This document shows, in pieces, positions 32,794-42,888 of a stretch of DNA of 64,000 nucleotides. The translations under genes and the position numbers were made by a program. Origin of the DNA: a virus. The stretch lies in the IMG/VR virus record IMGVR_UViG_3300045988_117466, positions 64,001-128,000 of that record. One strand, written 5' to 3'. The notes below the pieces were generated by a model. That model worked only from the letters and a program-made list of their open reading frames with translations. It ran no database searches and was not told the DNA's origin. Positions within the stretch are counted from its first letter, which is position 1, and each line of letters opens with the position of its first letter.

Positions 32794-33198
32794 ACCAAGA
32801 CATGAATACACTTTCCCATTTGCAACCCACTTAAAAGTCCAATTGCAAAGAAGAATATTGTACCGATAGAAAAGAGGATGATTATCATGATCAACAATTA
32901 ACCAAGTACTAAATTCCTCATCATCATTGACAGGAATATCTACATAAGTTCCTAAAGGATACTTAACCCCTGGTCTAAACTGCAGATGATAATCAATCGC
33001 ATCTTTACTGATACTGTTTTTTGTATACGCTAAAAACTTTGCGTCAACATCTTCACCTAATATCCTACATTCCCGAAAGGCGGGGTCCTTTGTGAATGTG
33101 ACATCCATAGCTTTCAGCGAATGGGCTCTGTACTTTTTAGAAGCAGCAGTACTATGAGCACCATTATTTAACCTATTTCTATAACTCTCTAGACTCAT
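32794..33198 (-). CDS. Neck-region structural gene, exon 1 (3' end uncertain)
   Basis: The ORF stops at 32770, immediately before the conserved intron arm. It is the only gene here whose downstream partner lacks a start signal. Confidence 0.45.
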
Positions 33199-33514
33199 CT
33201 ACATCATCCTCCTTGATATGGTCAACAAGTGATGTAGCATCGAGAATAGCTTTTCTATAAGCTGCATGATCGTAATCTTCTTTTAATGCTTCATCTCTAG
33301 CCTGAGCTAAGATAGCAAGAAGATCTAATACGACTGTCTGATTAGAAAAGATTTTATTGTATCCAGATAATTTCCATAATAATCCTGCAAAGTATCTATC
33401 CAAATTAGGATCTTTTTCTTCACGCATATATAACAGCTTGAAGATGGAATTCTGAATAGTTTTTTTATGAGCATGGATCTGCTCCTTTGGAAAATTTCCA
33501 TATTTGCTATTCAT
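33179..33514 (-). CDS. Hypothetical head-tail region protein
   Basis: 111-aa ORF. Confidence 0.3.
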   Translation of the reverse strand: MNSKYGNFPKEQIHAHKKTIQNSIFKLLYMREEKDPNLDRYFAGLLWKLSGYNKIFSNQTVVLDLLAILAQARDEALKEDYDHAAYRKAILDATSLVDHIKEDDVDESREL

Positions 33515-33523
33515 ACATTTCTC

Positions 33524-33946
33524 CTAACTATTGTTCTGTCTAAATTTTTCTGTTTGATAATCTCTGTAAGCTTTTTGTTTTTCTACTCTGATCTGATCTC
33601 TCAAGGCCATTACCTTATCTAATTGATTTGATTGAGCATAAAATTTTTCTTCAGCTCCACCAAAAATCTGTTTAGTAAGAAGAGTAGAGTTCACCTGAGG
33701 GCGAATCCATTCTTCTACCATAGACAAGGCTAAGATTTCAATTTCAATATCTGAAAGATCATCTTCAAAGACCCCTTCAGTATCATCTCTCTTGGAAAGA
33801 TCAGAAGTACATTTGCTAAACTTAGAAATGCTTGCAATTAAATAACCTAACATCATTTCATTAGCATCTTTATCAGATAGATCAGCAAAATTATAATCTT
33901 CGATCTTTAATAAGAAAACAGAGTAGATGCGTTCGTAAGAGGTCAT
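33524..33946 (-). CDS. Putative head-tail connector/adaptor protein
   Basis: 140 aa, acidic, positioned after the capsid gene. Call is positional only. Confidence 0.3.
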   Translation of the reverse strand: MTSYERIYSVFLLKIEDYNFADLSDKDANEMMLGYLIASISKFSKCTSDLSKRDDTEGVFEDDLSDIEIEILALSMVEEWIRPQVNSTLLTKQIFGGAEEKFYAQSNQLDKVMALRDQIRVEKQKAYRDYQTEKFRQNNS

Positions 33947-33956
33947 AATACACCTC

Positions 33957-34532
33957 CTAGAGCACTAACTTAGCAAACTCAGTTCCCAGTGATTTGTCGA
34001 TTGTTTTCACAATACGAATACTATCCAGCTGTCCATCTTTAATAAGTTTTGCAGCAGCTGTTCTAGCAGCATCTTTTACTCCTTCTGGAGCATTGTTTAA
34101 GAATGACTCTAAGGCATCTGGTGTCTTATCAAAGAAGCTTCTAGGATCATCTAATCCATAGAACTGATTTGTAATTTCCTGTAACTGAGGGTTTTCTTTT
34201 AAGAAATCTTCATCCATAACAATAAAATAAGGATAAAACAGGTAATCGGATTTTCTGGCTAACATTGCTTTTAAGTCCTGATACTCAACATCAGTAATTT
34301 CTCCATACTGGAGCCACTCATATCGAGTACGAGATTTTGCGAATGTTTCGTGATAAATTAATTCTCCTGTTGTTACTGACATACAAGGAATTAATTCCTC
34401 CTTGTCAAACACACGAGCTTTTGGCTCTGGTTTAGGAGTAGCTTTTTTTGTTCTAGTTCTTTTCGCTGTGGACTTAGCAGCAGCTTTTTCCTCGACTGCA
34501 TTTTCTGTGTTAGTTTTATTAGTTTCTGGCAT
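33957..34532 (-). CDS. Hypothetical protein with a Lys/Ala-rich N-terminus
   Basis: ATG at 34532 after AAGGAG. Confidence 0.3.
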   Translation of the reverse strand: MPETNKTNTENAVEEKAAAKSTAKRTRTKKATPKPEPKARVFDKEELIPCMSVTTGELIYHETFAKSRTRYEWLQYGEITDVEYQDLKAMLARKSDYLFYPYFIVMDEDFLKENPQLQEITNQFYGLDDPRSFFDKTPDALESFLNNAPEGVKDAARTAAAKLIKDGQLDSIRIVKTIDKSLGTEFAKLVL

Positions 34533-34584
34533 TTTATATCTCCTTTTTAATATCAAAAGAGCCAGCATTTAACTGGCTCAGATT

Positions 34585-35694
34585 TTATCCTACTGTAAAT
34601 TTGTAAGTTCCGAATAACTGGTTGATAACAACATTGATACCAAGTTTCTGCATTAACTCGTACTCATATGTCATATCCTGGTTTGTTGCGCCATCATTGA
34701 CCTGTTTAACGATAGCTTCACCTTCGTTAACAAGTTTGATAGGTTTGTTATCAGCATCAATAGGCATTAACAGTAATTTCTTATTGTCAAGCTTTTTGTT
34801 TCTTGTTCCCTGTTCATTAACCTGAGGGATAGCCATTAATCTGATTCCTTCAAACTGCCCTAATGTACCAGTTGTATGTCTTTCATTTCTCATATCATCT
34901 GAAATCCAAGCAGAAGGAGAAAGAGCGATAACTTGAGAAATAGCAGATCTTGTACCACAGATAACAACTTCTTTACCTGTATCTGTTTCAAGATTCTGAA
35001 CAGCTTCAATTAATTTATCAGCCTCTAATTTACCTGTGATTTTTAAGTCTGTAGGTAATTTTTCATCAGCTCCCATGAAAGCTTCATAGATCATGTCATT
35101 GATCTTTCTGTCAAAAGCTTCATATACTTTTGTGATCATAGCAGCAAAGTCACGTCTACCAGCCATGAAAAGTTCAAACTCTTCATAGATCTTAATTCCA
35201 TACCAGTCTGTAGTAACAGAGAAGCTTTCTCCGATTCCTAATTTCTGGCGGATTAAGTTGTGATGATTACCAGAGAATCTACTAACTGTTAATACAGCCT
35301 GCTCTTCAACATAGAATACATTCTGATCTCCATCAGCTAAGTTTCTCTGATCAACCCATTCCATGAAGAAAGGATTGTCTCCCCAACCGCTTACAAGTAA
35401 GTTCTCTAATGTTTCCTCTAACAGTTCGAAAACTTCTGTCTGATGTCTACGGATAGCTTTTCTAAGGACTTTACGATTCTTTTCATCTTCAGCAACTCCA
35501 AGAACCTGGGCAAATTTCTTTCTGATAACAGTATTAGCAGCACCTTTAGCATCTGCAACACCGTCAATTTTCTTCATTTTATCGTTAGCTGTGTCTAACA
35601 TTAAAGCAGAGAAGTCCATATATTCCTGCTCACCTTGTTCAAAAACAGCCTGAACTGTTTCAGCCAGTTCGCTAAATTTCATAAGTCTTAACAT
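34585..35694 (-). CDS. Major capsid protein (positional call)
   Basis: 369 aa with a strong SD GAGGAGGGGAG, in the order portal / 511-aa protein / 177-aa protein / this gene. Confidence 0.55.
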   Translation of the reverse strand: MLRLMKFSELAETVQAVFEQGEQEYMDFSALMLDTANDKMKKIDGVADAKGAANTVIRKKFAQVLGVAEDEKNRKVLRKAIRRHQTEVFELLEETLENLLVSGWGDNPFFMEWVDQRNLADGDQNVFYVEEQAVLTVSRFSGNHHNLIRQKLGIGESFSVTTDWYGIKIYEEFELFMAGRRDFAAMITKVYEAFDRKINDMIYEAFMGADEKLPTDLKITGKLEADKLIEAVQNLETDTGKEVVICGTRSAISQVIALSPSAWISDDMRNERHTTGTLGQFEGIRLMAIPQVNEQGTRNKKLDNKKLLLMPIDADNKPIKLVNEGEAIVKQVNDGATNQDMTYEYELMQKLGINVVINQLFGTYKFTVG

Positions 35695-35712
35695 ATATTT
35701 CTCCCCTCCTCA

Positions 35713-36246
35713 TTACGCACTAACTTCTGTGTTTTTCATTACTTCAAGCATGACCATAGTTACACCAGATTTGATGTATGTATAACGAATTTTCGCTACA
35801 AATCCATAATCTGTAACAGCTGTTGCCTTAGCAATTTCCTGATATTTACGATCTTTTGCAACAACTAAGTTACCAACTGTAACTTTTTCTCCAGTAGCTT
35901 TTGTGATCAGATAATCAGAAATTCCATACATATCTCTTGGGACAAGAGTATAAGCACGAGCACCTTTACCTGCTTCGATCACATAGTTGTATTCAGCCTG
36001 TCCAACTGTTGTAGACTGATCATAAATTAATGCTGGATTAGCAATTAAAACAACCTGACTACCTTTTGTAGGTGTAGCCACTTTGTATTCTTCATTCCCA
36101 CTTGTTTCTACTGGATCACCCAGAGCAACAATCATTCCGTTTTCCATAGCAGCAGCATCGTCAACTACAGAAAAAATGTGTCCACCACCGAGATAAGTAG
36201 CATTGATTTTACTTGTCTCGACAACACCGTATTTTGTATTTGCCAT
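35713..36246 (-). CDS. Head scaffold or decoration candidate
   Basis: ATG at 36246 after AAGGAGG. 177 aa. Confidence 0.3.
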   Translation of the reverse strand: MANTKYGVVETSKINATYLGGGHIFSVVDDAAAMENGMIVALGDPVETSGNEEYKVATPTKGSQVVLIANPALIYDQSTTVGQAEYNYVIEAGKGARAYTLVPRDMYGISDYLITKATGEKVTVGNLVVAKDRKYQEIAKATAVTDYGFVAKIRYTYIKSGVTMVMLEVMKNTEVSA

Positions 36247-36314
36247 TAAATTTTCCTCCTTGTTTTTAGACATTAAAAAAAGACACCACATAGGCATCCT
36301 TTAAAATTCATGTA

Positions 36315-37850
36315 TTATTTTTCGAAATCATCAAATAATGAACCATATGGTTTATTTGCTGTAGATTCAGGTGATTTTCCGCCAACGCTCATACCAAACT
36401 TATGTTTAGCAGGGTTTTTGTAAGCAAATTCACCACTGATAGCAGCTTTTCCAATGATTTTTAAACATTCGTTTTCTAATTCTCCAACAGAGAATTTTTC
36501 GATCTGTTCATATAGAGCAGAATATTCTTCAGAACCTTTTAATTTTTCTTGGAAAGAATCTAACATGGCTGTCTTTTCTTTCTTATCAGCCTCTTTCTTA
36601 AACTCTCTAAGAGTTTCTAATTCAGGTTCCATTGCTTCATAATCAGCAACCTTTGATGTTAATTCACCAATTTTAGCTGTATATTTTTCTTCAACTGTCT
36701 TTTCAGTTGCTTTTTCAGCTTCATATTTAGCTTTATCAATCTCAGGTTGTACAATATCAGCAAGAGAGAAGTCTTCAGCTGGTTCCTCAGAACCTTCGAA
36801 ATCTACAATTGTATATTTCTTTCTTTTCTTAGAGTCAAAATCAATTTTAACTTCATCGCCTGCAACATCAAAGCTGAATCCAAATAATTTGTATCCATCT
36901 TCTCTGTCGTAAGCATAAACTTCTCTGCTGTCTAGATCATAGTCCACTACAAAATATTTAGAATAGCTTCCCCAGTCAGTTTCAATTTTCTGATCAGCAA
37001 AAGCTTCACTCATAGCTTCTCCGAGATTACTAGACAGTAAGAATTCTTTTGTCTCTTTCATCTGTGTTAATTTTTCAGTCAGGGCTTTTTCGTCCATGTC
37101 TGCATATTCAAAATCAAGAGACTCTGGATCAAATCCAAAAGATTTGATAAGTTCTTTCTTATTCAAGTCATGTTCCTCCTTTTTCTTTGTGATTTCTGTG
37201 TTTTTCATTTCAAAACAGTACTGTTTAAAGTCTTCAAACATTTCATTCATTGATTCTTTGAAAGTATCTGCACTATATGTTTCTAAACATGCTGATTCAA
37301 AACATGGTGGAGCACTCTCTAACAATGTGAACGCCTGAAATTCAAAATCAGTAACATGACACACACCATCAACCATTTCATATGAATTAACACCAATCTC
37401 CATGGATTGATCTGTAATGCCATTTTCTTTGATGTGGTCATAAACTGCCTGACGTTTCCACAGAAGGACCTCACAACAAAAATAAGTCTTCACACGGCCA
37501 TCATCTTCAGTAACATTTTCCCAATACCACTGTGGAGATTCAGGAATTACACCTAATGGATCAGTCAGATTGTATTCTTTCAAAACCCCGTTCTTATCTT
37601 TTCTAAATGTCGAGTCGTGAGAACCAATCTTGTCTTCATCAATTGAATAATTTGCTACAAGAGGTACGTAAGCAAGAGAAGAAGTAGCTTTTTCAAATGA
37701 TTTTGTACTAATATAGCTACCATTTCTGTTTTTGCCCTCATAAGCAATGTGTAACATTCCTTTATCAAAAGTGCTATTTGCAGACACAATGTCCTCAATA
37801 TAGGCACTGTATTTTAAACTCATTTTTGTTTTTTGTTTGTTTTTAGCCAA
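36315..37850 (-). CDS. Putative prohead protease/scaffold-like head morphogenesis protein
   Basis: 511 aa following the portal, with an acidic coiled-coil C-terminal half. Confidence 0.35.
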   Translation of the reverse strand: MAKNKQKTKMSLKYSAYIEDIVSANSTFDKGMLHIAYEGKNRNGSYISTKSFEKATSSLAYVPLVANYSIDEDKIGSHDSTFRKDKNGVLKEYNLTDPLGVIPESPQWYWENVTEDDGRVKTYFCCEVLLWKRQAVYDHIKENGITDQSMEIGVNSYEMVDGVCHVTDFEFQAFTLLESAPPCFESACLETYSADTFKESMNEMFEDFKQYCFEMKNTEITKKKEEHDLNKKELIKSFGFDPESLDFEYADMDEKALTEKLTQMKETKEFLLSSNLGEAMSEAFADQKIETDWGSYSKYFVVDYDLDSREVYAYDREDGYKLFGFSFDVAGDEVKIDFDSKKRKKYTIVDFEGSEEPAEDFSLADIVQPEIDKAKYEAEKATEKTVEEKYTAKIGELTSKVADYEAMEPELETLREFKKEADKKEKTAMLDSFQEKLKGSEEYSALYEQIEKFSVGELENECLKIIGKAAISGEFAYKNPAKHKFGMSVGGKSPESTANKPYGSLFDDFEK

Positions 37851-37908
37851 ATTTCATCTTCACCGCCTTTCTTTTTGTTTTTTACAACTAAAAAAAGACC
37901 TCAGCGGT

Positions 37909-38106
37909 CTAGAATGTCATTTTATTTGTGAAAACCATCTTCATACGGTCATCCAGCGAAAATTCCATATCTACGGCTTCCAATTTATTTTCAAAAATAT
38001 AAACCGTATGATCTTTACATTTTTCAACTTTTAACAGCTTACATTTTTGTTCTAATTTTTCTTTTAGTTGCTCATCTATACAAAAGATGAATGGTTTATT
38101 CTCCAT
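37909..38106 (-). CDS. Hypothetical small protein
   Basis: The ATG at 38106 overlaps the portal stop. A terminator hairpin follows. Confidence 0.35.
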   Translation of the reverse strand: MENKPFIFCIDEQLKEKLEQKCKLLKVEKCKDHTVYIFENKLEAVDMEFSLDDRMKMVFTNKMTF

Positions 38107-39643
38107 TTTTATTCTCCTCTCTGGTTGCAATACCTTCCTCAGTCATATCATCAAGATTCTTTTCTTCAGCACCGCCTTTAGAGTCAGTTGTACCTGTATT
38201 AGATGTATAAGAAGAGTTAAGAGGCTTCCATAATTCATCTAATCCCAGTGCATTTTCCAAACCAGTATTCTGCATAACTTCATAAGGCGTATAACCCAAA
38301 GAAGTAGCAAGTTCCATTTTTACTGGAACACCTAAGGCAGCAGCATCTTTTCTCACGTTGATATAATCTTCTTGTGTGAAATATGTATATCTGTGGAACT
38401 TGATAATATAATTTTCATCAATATTGTTTTTGATGTACATCTGAGCCCATCTCTCAATCTTAACTAAGAAATCTATGGCTACAGTTTCATCAACTTCTAT
38501 AGAATGTTTCAATCCAACAGATCCACCTTTGTCAGAATTGAATAACATTTCAGATACACCAACTTTGCTCATTAAATTAGATAAAGAATTAGCAAAGATA
38601 TCGGTGTCAGACGTGTCATTTGTTTTAAAAGGAACGACTTCAAGATCACATGGGCTGTAAGCAGTTGCAACCAAAGAAGGAACAGCTTCACTTAAAAGTC
38701 CATCCATAGCTTGTACAAGATCTAAATCAACAGCAAAATCATTGATTTCTTTTGTACCAGATAATAATGGGATTTTTTGAAGTAATAAGACACTTGCTTC
38801 CAACTCTGTCTTAGCTTTGATTAAATTTTCATAGTCTAAAAGATCAATCAAAGACACAAAGAGTGGAAGTAGATATGGAAGCGGAAGAAGTGGATCGTTT
38901 CCAGAAATGATACAAATAGAGGTTTCCATAGGAATTTGAAACCATTTGTAATCCTGACCATTACTTTTGTAAGCATTGTAGCCAGTGCTAAATATAGAAT
39001 CCCACTCTTCAAGATAAATACTATTATTTCCCTGATCAAAGAAGCTTGCATCAAAGTCAAATCCATAAACACCATTGTCTACCTGAGTAACTTTGCAGTA
39101 TTTAGCTTCTAACTGGTATAAAAAGCATTCATCATCTCCATTGTCATAAACAAATCCAAAATAAGCACCATCTCTAAGTGCTGCTGCAATAACACCGGGC
39201 ATATCGGCTTTAAAATTAATTCGTTGAACACCTTTCACAGCTTCTGTATAAGAAGTAATGAAATCAGTCTGTCCACTACTCAATAGGTCCTCTTTGGGGA
39301 CTAGCTGATAGTTATATAACAACATAGAAGAGTAGTATTCGATCAGTTTCCGATATGGCATACTTACTCTGTATAACCATTCAGAAACAGCTCTGATATT
39401 GTTAATGTTCGATTGTGGATTCTGAATATATTGTTGTAGTTTTGCTTTTGTGTAACGAGTATAACTACGACTCGTTTCTTTATTAGCTTTTTGTAAAATT
39501 AAACTATTGACCTGGCTTTGACTGAAAGTAGAAGCAAAAGGTCTTGAATAATTTCCTGATTGCATTTGTGTAACTTTACGTTTTATGGGTTGATTCTTAC
39601 GCACGGGTTTCCCAGTATTTTGTTTTTTCGCCACATTATCCAA
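38096..39643 (-). CDS. Portal protein (positional call)
   Basis: 515 aa. TTG at 39643 lies 9 nt after AGGAGG, directly downstream of the terminase large subunit. Confidence 0.6.
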   Translation of the reverse strand: MDNVAKKQNTGKPVRKNQPIKRKVTQMQSGNYSRPFASTFSQSQVNSLILQKANKETSRSYTRYTKAKLQQYIQNPQSNINNIRAVSEWLYRVSMPYRKLIEYYSSMLLYNYQLVPKEDLLSSGQTDFITSYTEAVKGVQRINFKADMPGVIAAALRDGAYFGFVYDNGDDECFLYQLEAKYCKVTQVDNGVYGFDFDASFFDQGNNSIYLEEWDSIFSTGYNAYKSNGQDYKWFQIPMETSICIISGNDPLLPLPYLLPLFVSLIDLLDYENLIKAKTELEASVLLLQKIPLLSGTKEINDFAVDLDLVQAMDGLLSEAVPSLVATAYSPCDLEVVPFKTNDTSDTDIFANSLSNLMSKVGVSEMLFNSDKGGSVGLKHSIEVDETVAIDFLVKIERWAQMYIKNNIDENYIIKFHRYTYFTQEDYINVRKDAAALGVPVKMELATSLGYTPYEVMQNTGLENALGLDELWKPLNSSYTSNTGTTDSKGGAEEKNLDDMTEEGIATREENKNGE

Positions 39644-39656
39644 GTTCTTTCACCTC

Positions 39657-39790
39657 CTAGTATTGCTTCCAGTTAAATTTGGCCGGACGAATATTAATAA
39701 ATTGTTGTGTATAATCAGTTTTCTTTGGTTTACGCTTAGTAATATGCTCACGTCTTCTCTGAGCTAACTCCCAAGCGAGCATGGCGATTA
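39657..39790 (-). CDS. terL: Terminase large subunit, exon 2
   Basis: After G 39791 the frame reads (L)IAMLAWELAQRRREH... This completes the C-terminal HDD..A...A.W nuclease block begun in exon 1. No start signal of its own. Confidence 0.7.
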
Positions 39791-41036
39791 CATCGTTCTG
39801 TTACTTTTTTTGACCTGTATATCAAACACTATATTTCCAAATAAAACCTCCTGATGTTTTACAATGACCAGAACAGCAATATTGAATATTTTCTTTTTTA
39901 ATTCCAGTTTGCTTTTCAGCAATAAGGGCAGATTCGAACTGACGTAAGAAATCACCTTTTTTTGAATATTGCAAAACACTTTTCCGTTTTATTGAAGTGG
40001 TTTTAGAATGTTTAAAATCAGTCAACAGATCTTCTTGATGATCGGAGACTGAGTATTTGTCTACATATCTAAAAATAAATCCTTTACAAGTTTTTCTTTT
40101 TTTGTTACATACGGAAGAAATTTGTCCACCAGTAGCATTAATGCTTTCCCCCGCTTCTGTGGCACTTTTATATATACCAAGTAGATTAAAATCTAAATCA
40201 TATTTGACGACCATTTTTGGCATTTGAGATACTTTGAGATAAGAAAAGTCAAAATCAGGTGAGTTATAATCATTTTCATATACCCAAAAAAACCCACCAA
40301 TAGTTTTTTGATAATTTTGGCGTTCACAACATGATCGTATCCCTCGAATGTACAATCCTAAAGTTTTACCAGCATGTGAACAGCTATCCCATTTATGTAC
40401 TATTTGTAAATCTTTATCTAATTGCAATACAGATTTGGGATTTTGAATATGTCGCATTTTAAATATCTCATTTTCTGAATGCTCGTACCCAACGATCCCT
40501 TTGCCTCCAATACATTGATTGTAAACATGATTTTTTGAGCTAAAAAATTTAATCCATTTTTGCTCTCTGTCATCAAGTGTTGCTACATCACAAGTTTCAA
40601 CAGATTTAAACTCAAAATTATCTTCACCATATTTATTCCAGTCTCTTTGAAGTAGACAATTATGATGGCGGTTATTGTTTAAATCTGACTTATGGTGACG
40701 CCATCTTTTGTTTAATTGGGAGGTTTGTCCAATATAATAAGTGTCATTAATTTTATTTTTTATGTAGTATATATTTCCATTCATTTTCCATTTACTTCTT
40801 GGTATCTATACAGGCGAATAAGACGTTAATCTTATTTCTCATATTTCATTTGTTATAGTATGAGTCCAGACTATCGCATCTCCATATAATTGCCGATGGA
40901 GTTCTTTCACTTAGTCGTTGCAGCTGCACGGTTTTCCTGCTTGCTGTGGGTTATCCTCTACAGGACTTTCCCAAATTGATCAGAAAGAATTGAAAATACA
41001 GTTTATGGATTATGCTGTATTTGCCCTATGCGATTA
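39791..41036 (-). mobile_element. Group I intron T in terL with a GIY-YIG endonuclease gene
   Basis: P1 GCCT|/GGGC (41040-41037 / 41026-41023), terminal G at 39791. Core-like GGATAACCCACAGCAAGCAGG at 40936-40956. Spliced ORF is in frame (662 codons). Confidence 0.75.
39822..40784 (-). CDS. GIY-YIG homing endonuclease
   Basis: N-terminus NIYYIKNKINDTYYIGQTSQLNKRWRHHKSDLNNNRHHNCLLQRDWNKYG is the GIY-YIG module. Repeated ..GGF.W.Y.. DNA-binding modules follow. Confidence 0.85.
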   Translation of the reverse strand: MNGNIYYIKNKINDTYYIGQTSQLNKRWRHHKSDLNNNRHHNCLLQRDWNKYGEDNFEFKSVETCDVATLDDREQKWIKFFSSKNHVYNQCIGGKGIVGYEHSENEIFKMRHIQNPKSVLQLDKDLQIVHKWDSCSHAGKTLGLYIRGIRSCCERQNYQKTIGGFFWVYENDYNSPDFDFSYLKVSQMPKMVVKYDLDFNLLGIYKSATEAGESINATGGQISSVCNKKRKTCKGFIFRYVDKYSVSDHQEDLLTDFKHSKTTSIKRKSVLQYSKKGDFLRQFESALIAEKQTGIKKENIQYCCSGHCKTSGGFIWKYSV

Positions 41037-42888
41037 AGGCTCTATCGTCATGCATTTTATTAGCTTTCTGGGGATCAAGATCAAATCTGTCCTTGCCAGA
41101 AGCCTGTTTGAATCGATAAATATTAACCAATTCAGTTTTTGCGTGATCAATTTGTTTCAAAGCAATCTCTTCATAAGTGGTTAACTTGTGAATTTGAGTA
41201 TCAACAGTGATTTCTTTTTTGCTTAATATTTTTTCCTCGTCCTCGGATGGGAAATAATCACGCAGAGTACGATTACCATTTTTATCAATCTCATAAATTA
41301 AGTTGATGAATCCCTTTCCGTCATACTCATTCGGAAATTCAATCAGACCTAAATCCATCATTTGAATCAAAGATTCAAACATTTCAGACTTATATTTCAA
41401 TGGGGACATCAGTTTTACGATGTCTGGGATAGCATTAGGGAAGTTTCTAGCTTCCTCGGCAGAATATTCCTTATCAATCAATCCTCGATGCATTAATCCG
41501 TCTGAATCTTCCCAATCCTCCAGAAAGAAGTCAGTAATAGGTACGCCAGCTCCACCAGAACCTGCATCAACTAAAAATCTCTTGATATTTTGGTAATCAG
41601 CAACGCCATCACCGTTATAATCTAATAGTAATTGTTTGATTGCTTTAATCTGATTTGGGGTATTCATAGGAGTTTTATTAGCTTTGAAATAATCTTGAAG
41701 ACATACAAGATTGACAATTTTCATTTTTAATCCCTGTGTAGGATCTTCATAAAGTTCTCCTATGGCAAGAGCAGAATTATCGTGTGATCTAGCAGGGTCA
41801 TATGCAAAAACATACTTTCTGCGACCATCTGGATTCTTAAGAACTGGAATTCTGTTGTAAGAGTTCTTAATGATCCTTGCTCTTTTAATGATCTGACCAT
41901 CTCCACCTTCATTTGTGAAGATGTTATAATATTCACGCAATGCGGCTTCCTTATCTGTTCGCATAGCACTGTCTACAGTACTTTGACTTAACAGAGGTTT
42001 AGGTAGTCCAATGCCTCTTTTTGTTGCTTTAATAATGACATCACAGCTAATATCAGCACAAAAATAGTTTTTATCTCCTGCATCCATTCGTAGGCTACAT
42101 TCTCTGTACTTTTTATAAAAATACTGGTCAGTACGACCTGCAGAAGAGCAGTAGAGTAACTGATTTTCGAACATAGGTGGTTTCATAAGCATTTCAGAAC
42201 CATCTCCATTTGTTCCTAATGCAAAATCAGCGTTCTGAGTTGTAAATGGTTCAGAAGTATCAAATAATTCATCTGGACTGTTCATTGCTTCATCATATAC
42301 ATTGCAATTGCTACGCTTGGAGCGGTTGTTGTTATATGCACCGTTCAAAGTAAAAATCTGTGCATCATTGTACAATTGATGATGATATGAAGCAGGATTG
42401 TGAACAAATCCATCTTTATTTGCATGAGATTTAATAATTTCACTTGCATAAACACTTGTAAGTGTTGTAAATGAAGGAACTTCATTCTTTGTGATCTTTT
42501 CAAGCTTTGAATACATTTCAATAGACTGTGATCCAACACCGCATAGAATATAAGCGGTGAAGTTTGGTACTAACAGCGATTTAGTCATCAAATAGATAGA
42601 TGCCAATGCACTTTTACCACCATTTCGACTCATAGCCCATACTGCAACCTTAGAAGTCCAAGTATTCATGAATATATAGGTCTGATAGTCCATTAATTCA
42701 ACACCGAATATCTCTGATGCGAATCTGGTAGGATTCCTTCGGCCCCATTGAATGAACTCAGCAGTCTCTTTGTATTGCTCATACTGACGATTTGTAATGT
42801 CATATAGACTAGGTTTTTTGAAGATTTGATAATTCTTTGGGAGATATACACCAGATTCGTGTAATTCGTATTTCTTACTTTCTCTCAA
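41037..42888 (-). CDS. terL: Terminase large subunit, exon 1
   Basis: Walker-A-like MSRNGGKS, Walker-B-like CNVYDEAMN. Ends ..KMHDDRA. Located upstream of the portal. Confidence 0.8.
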
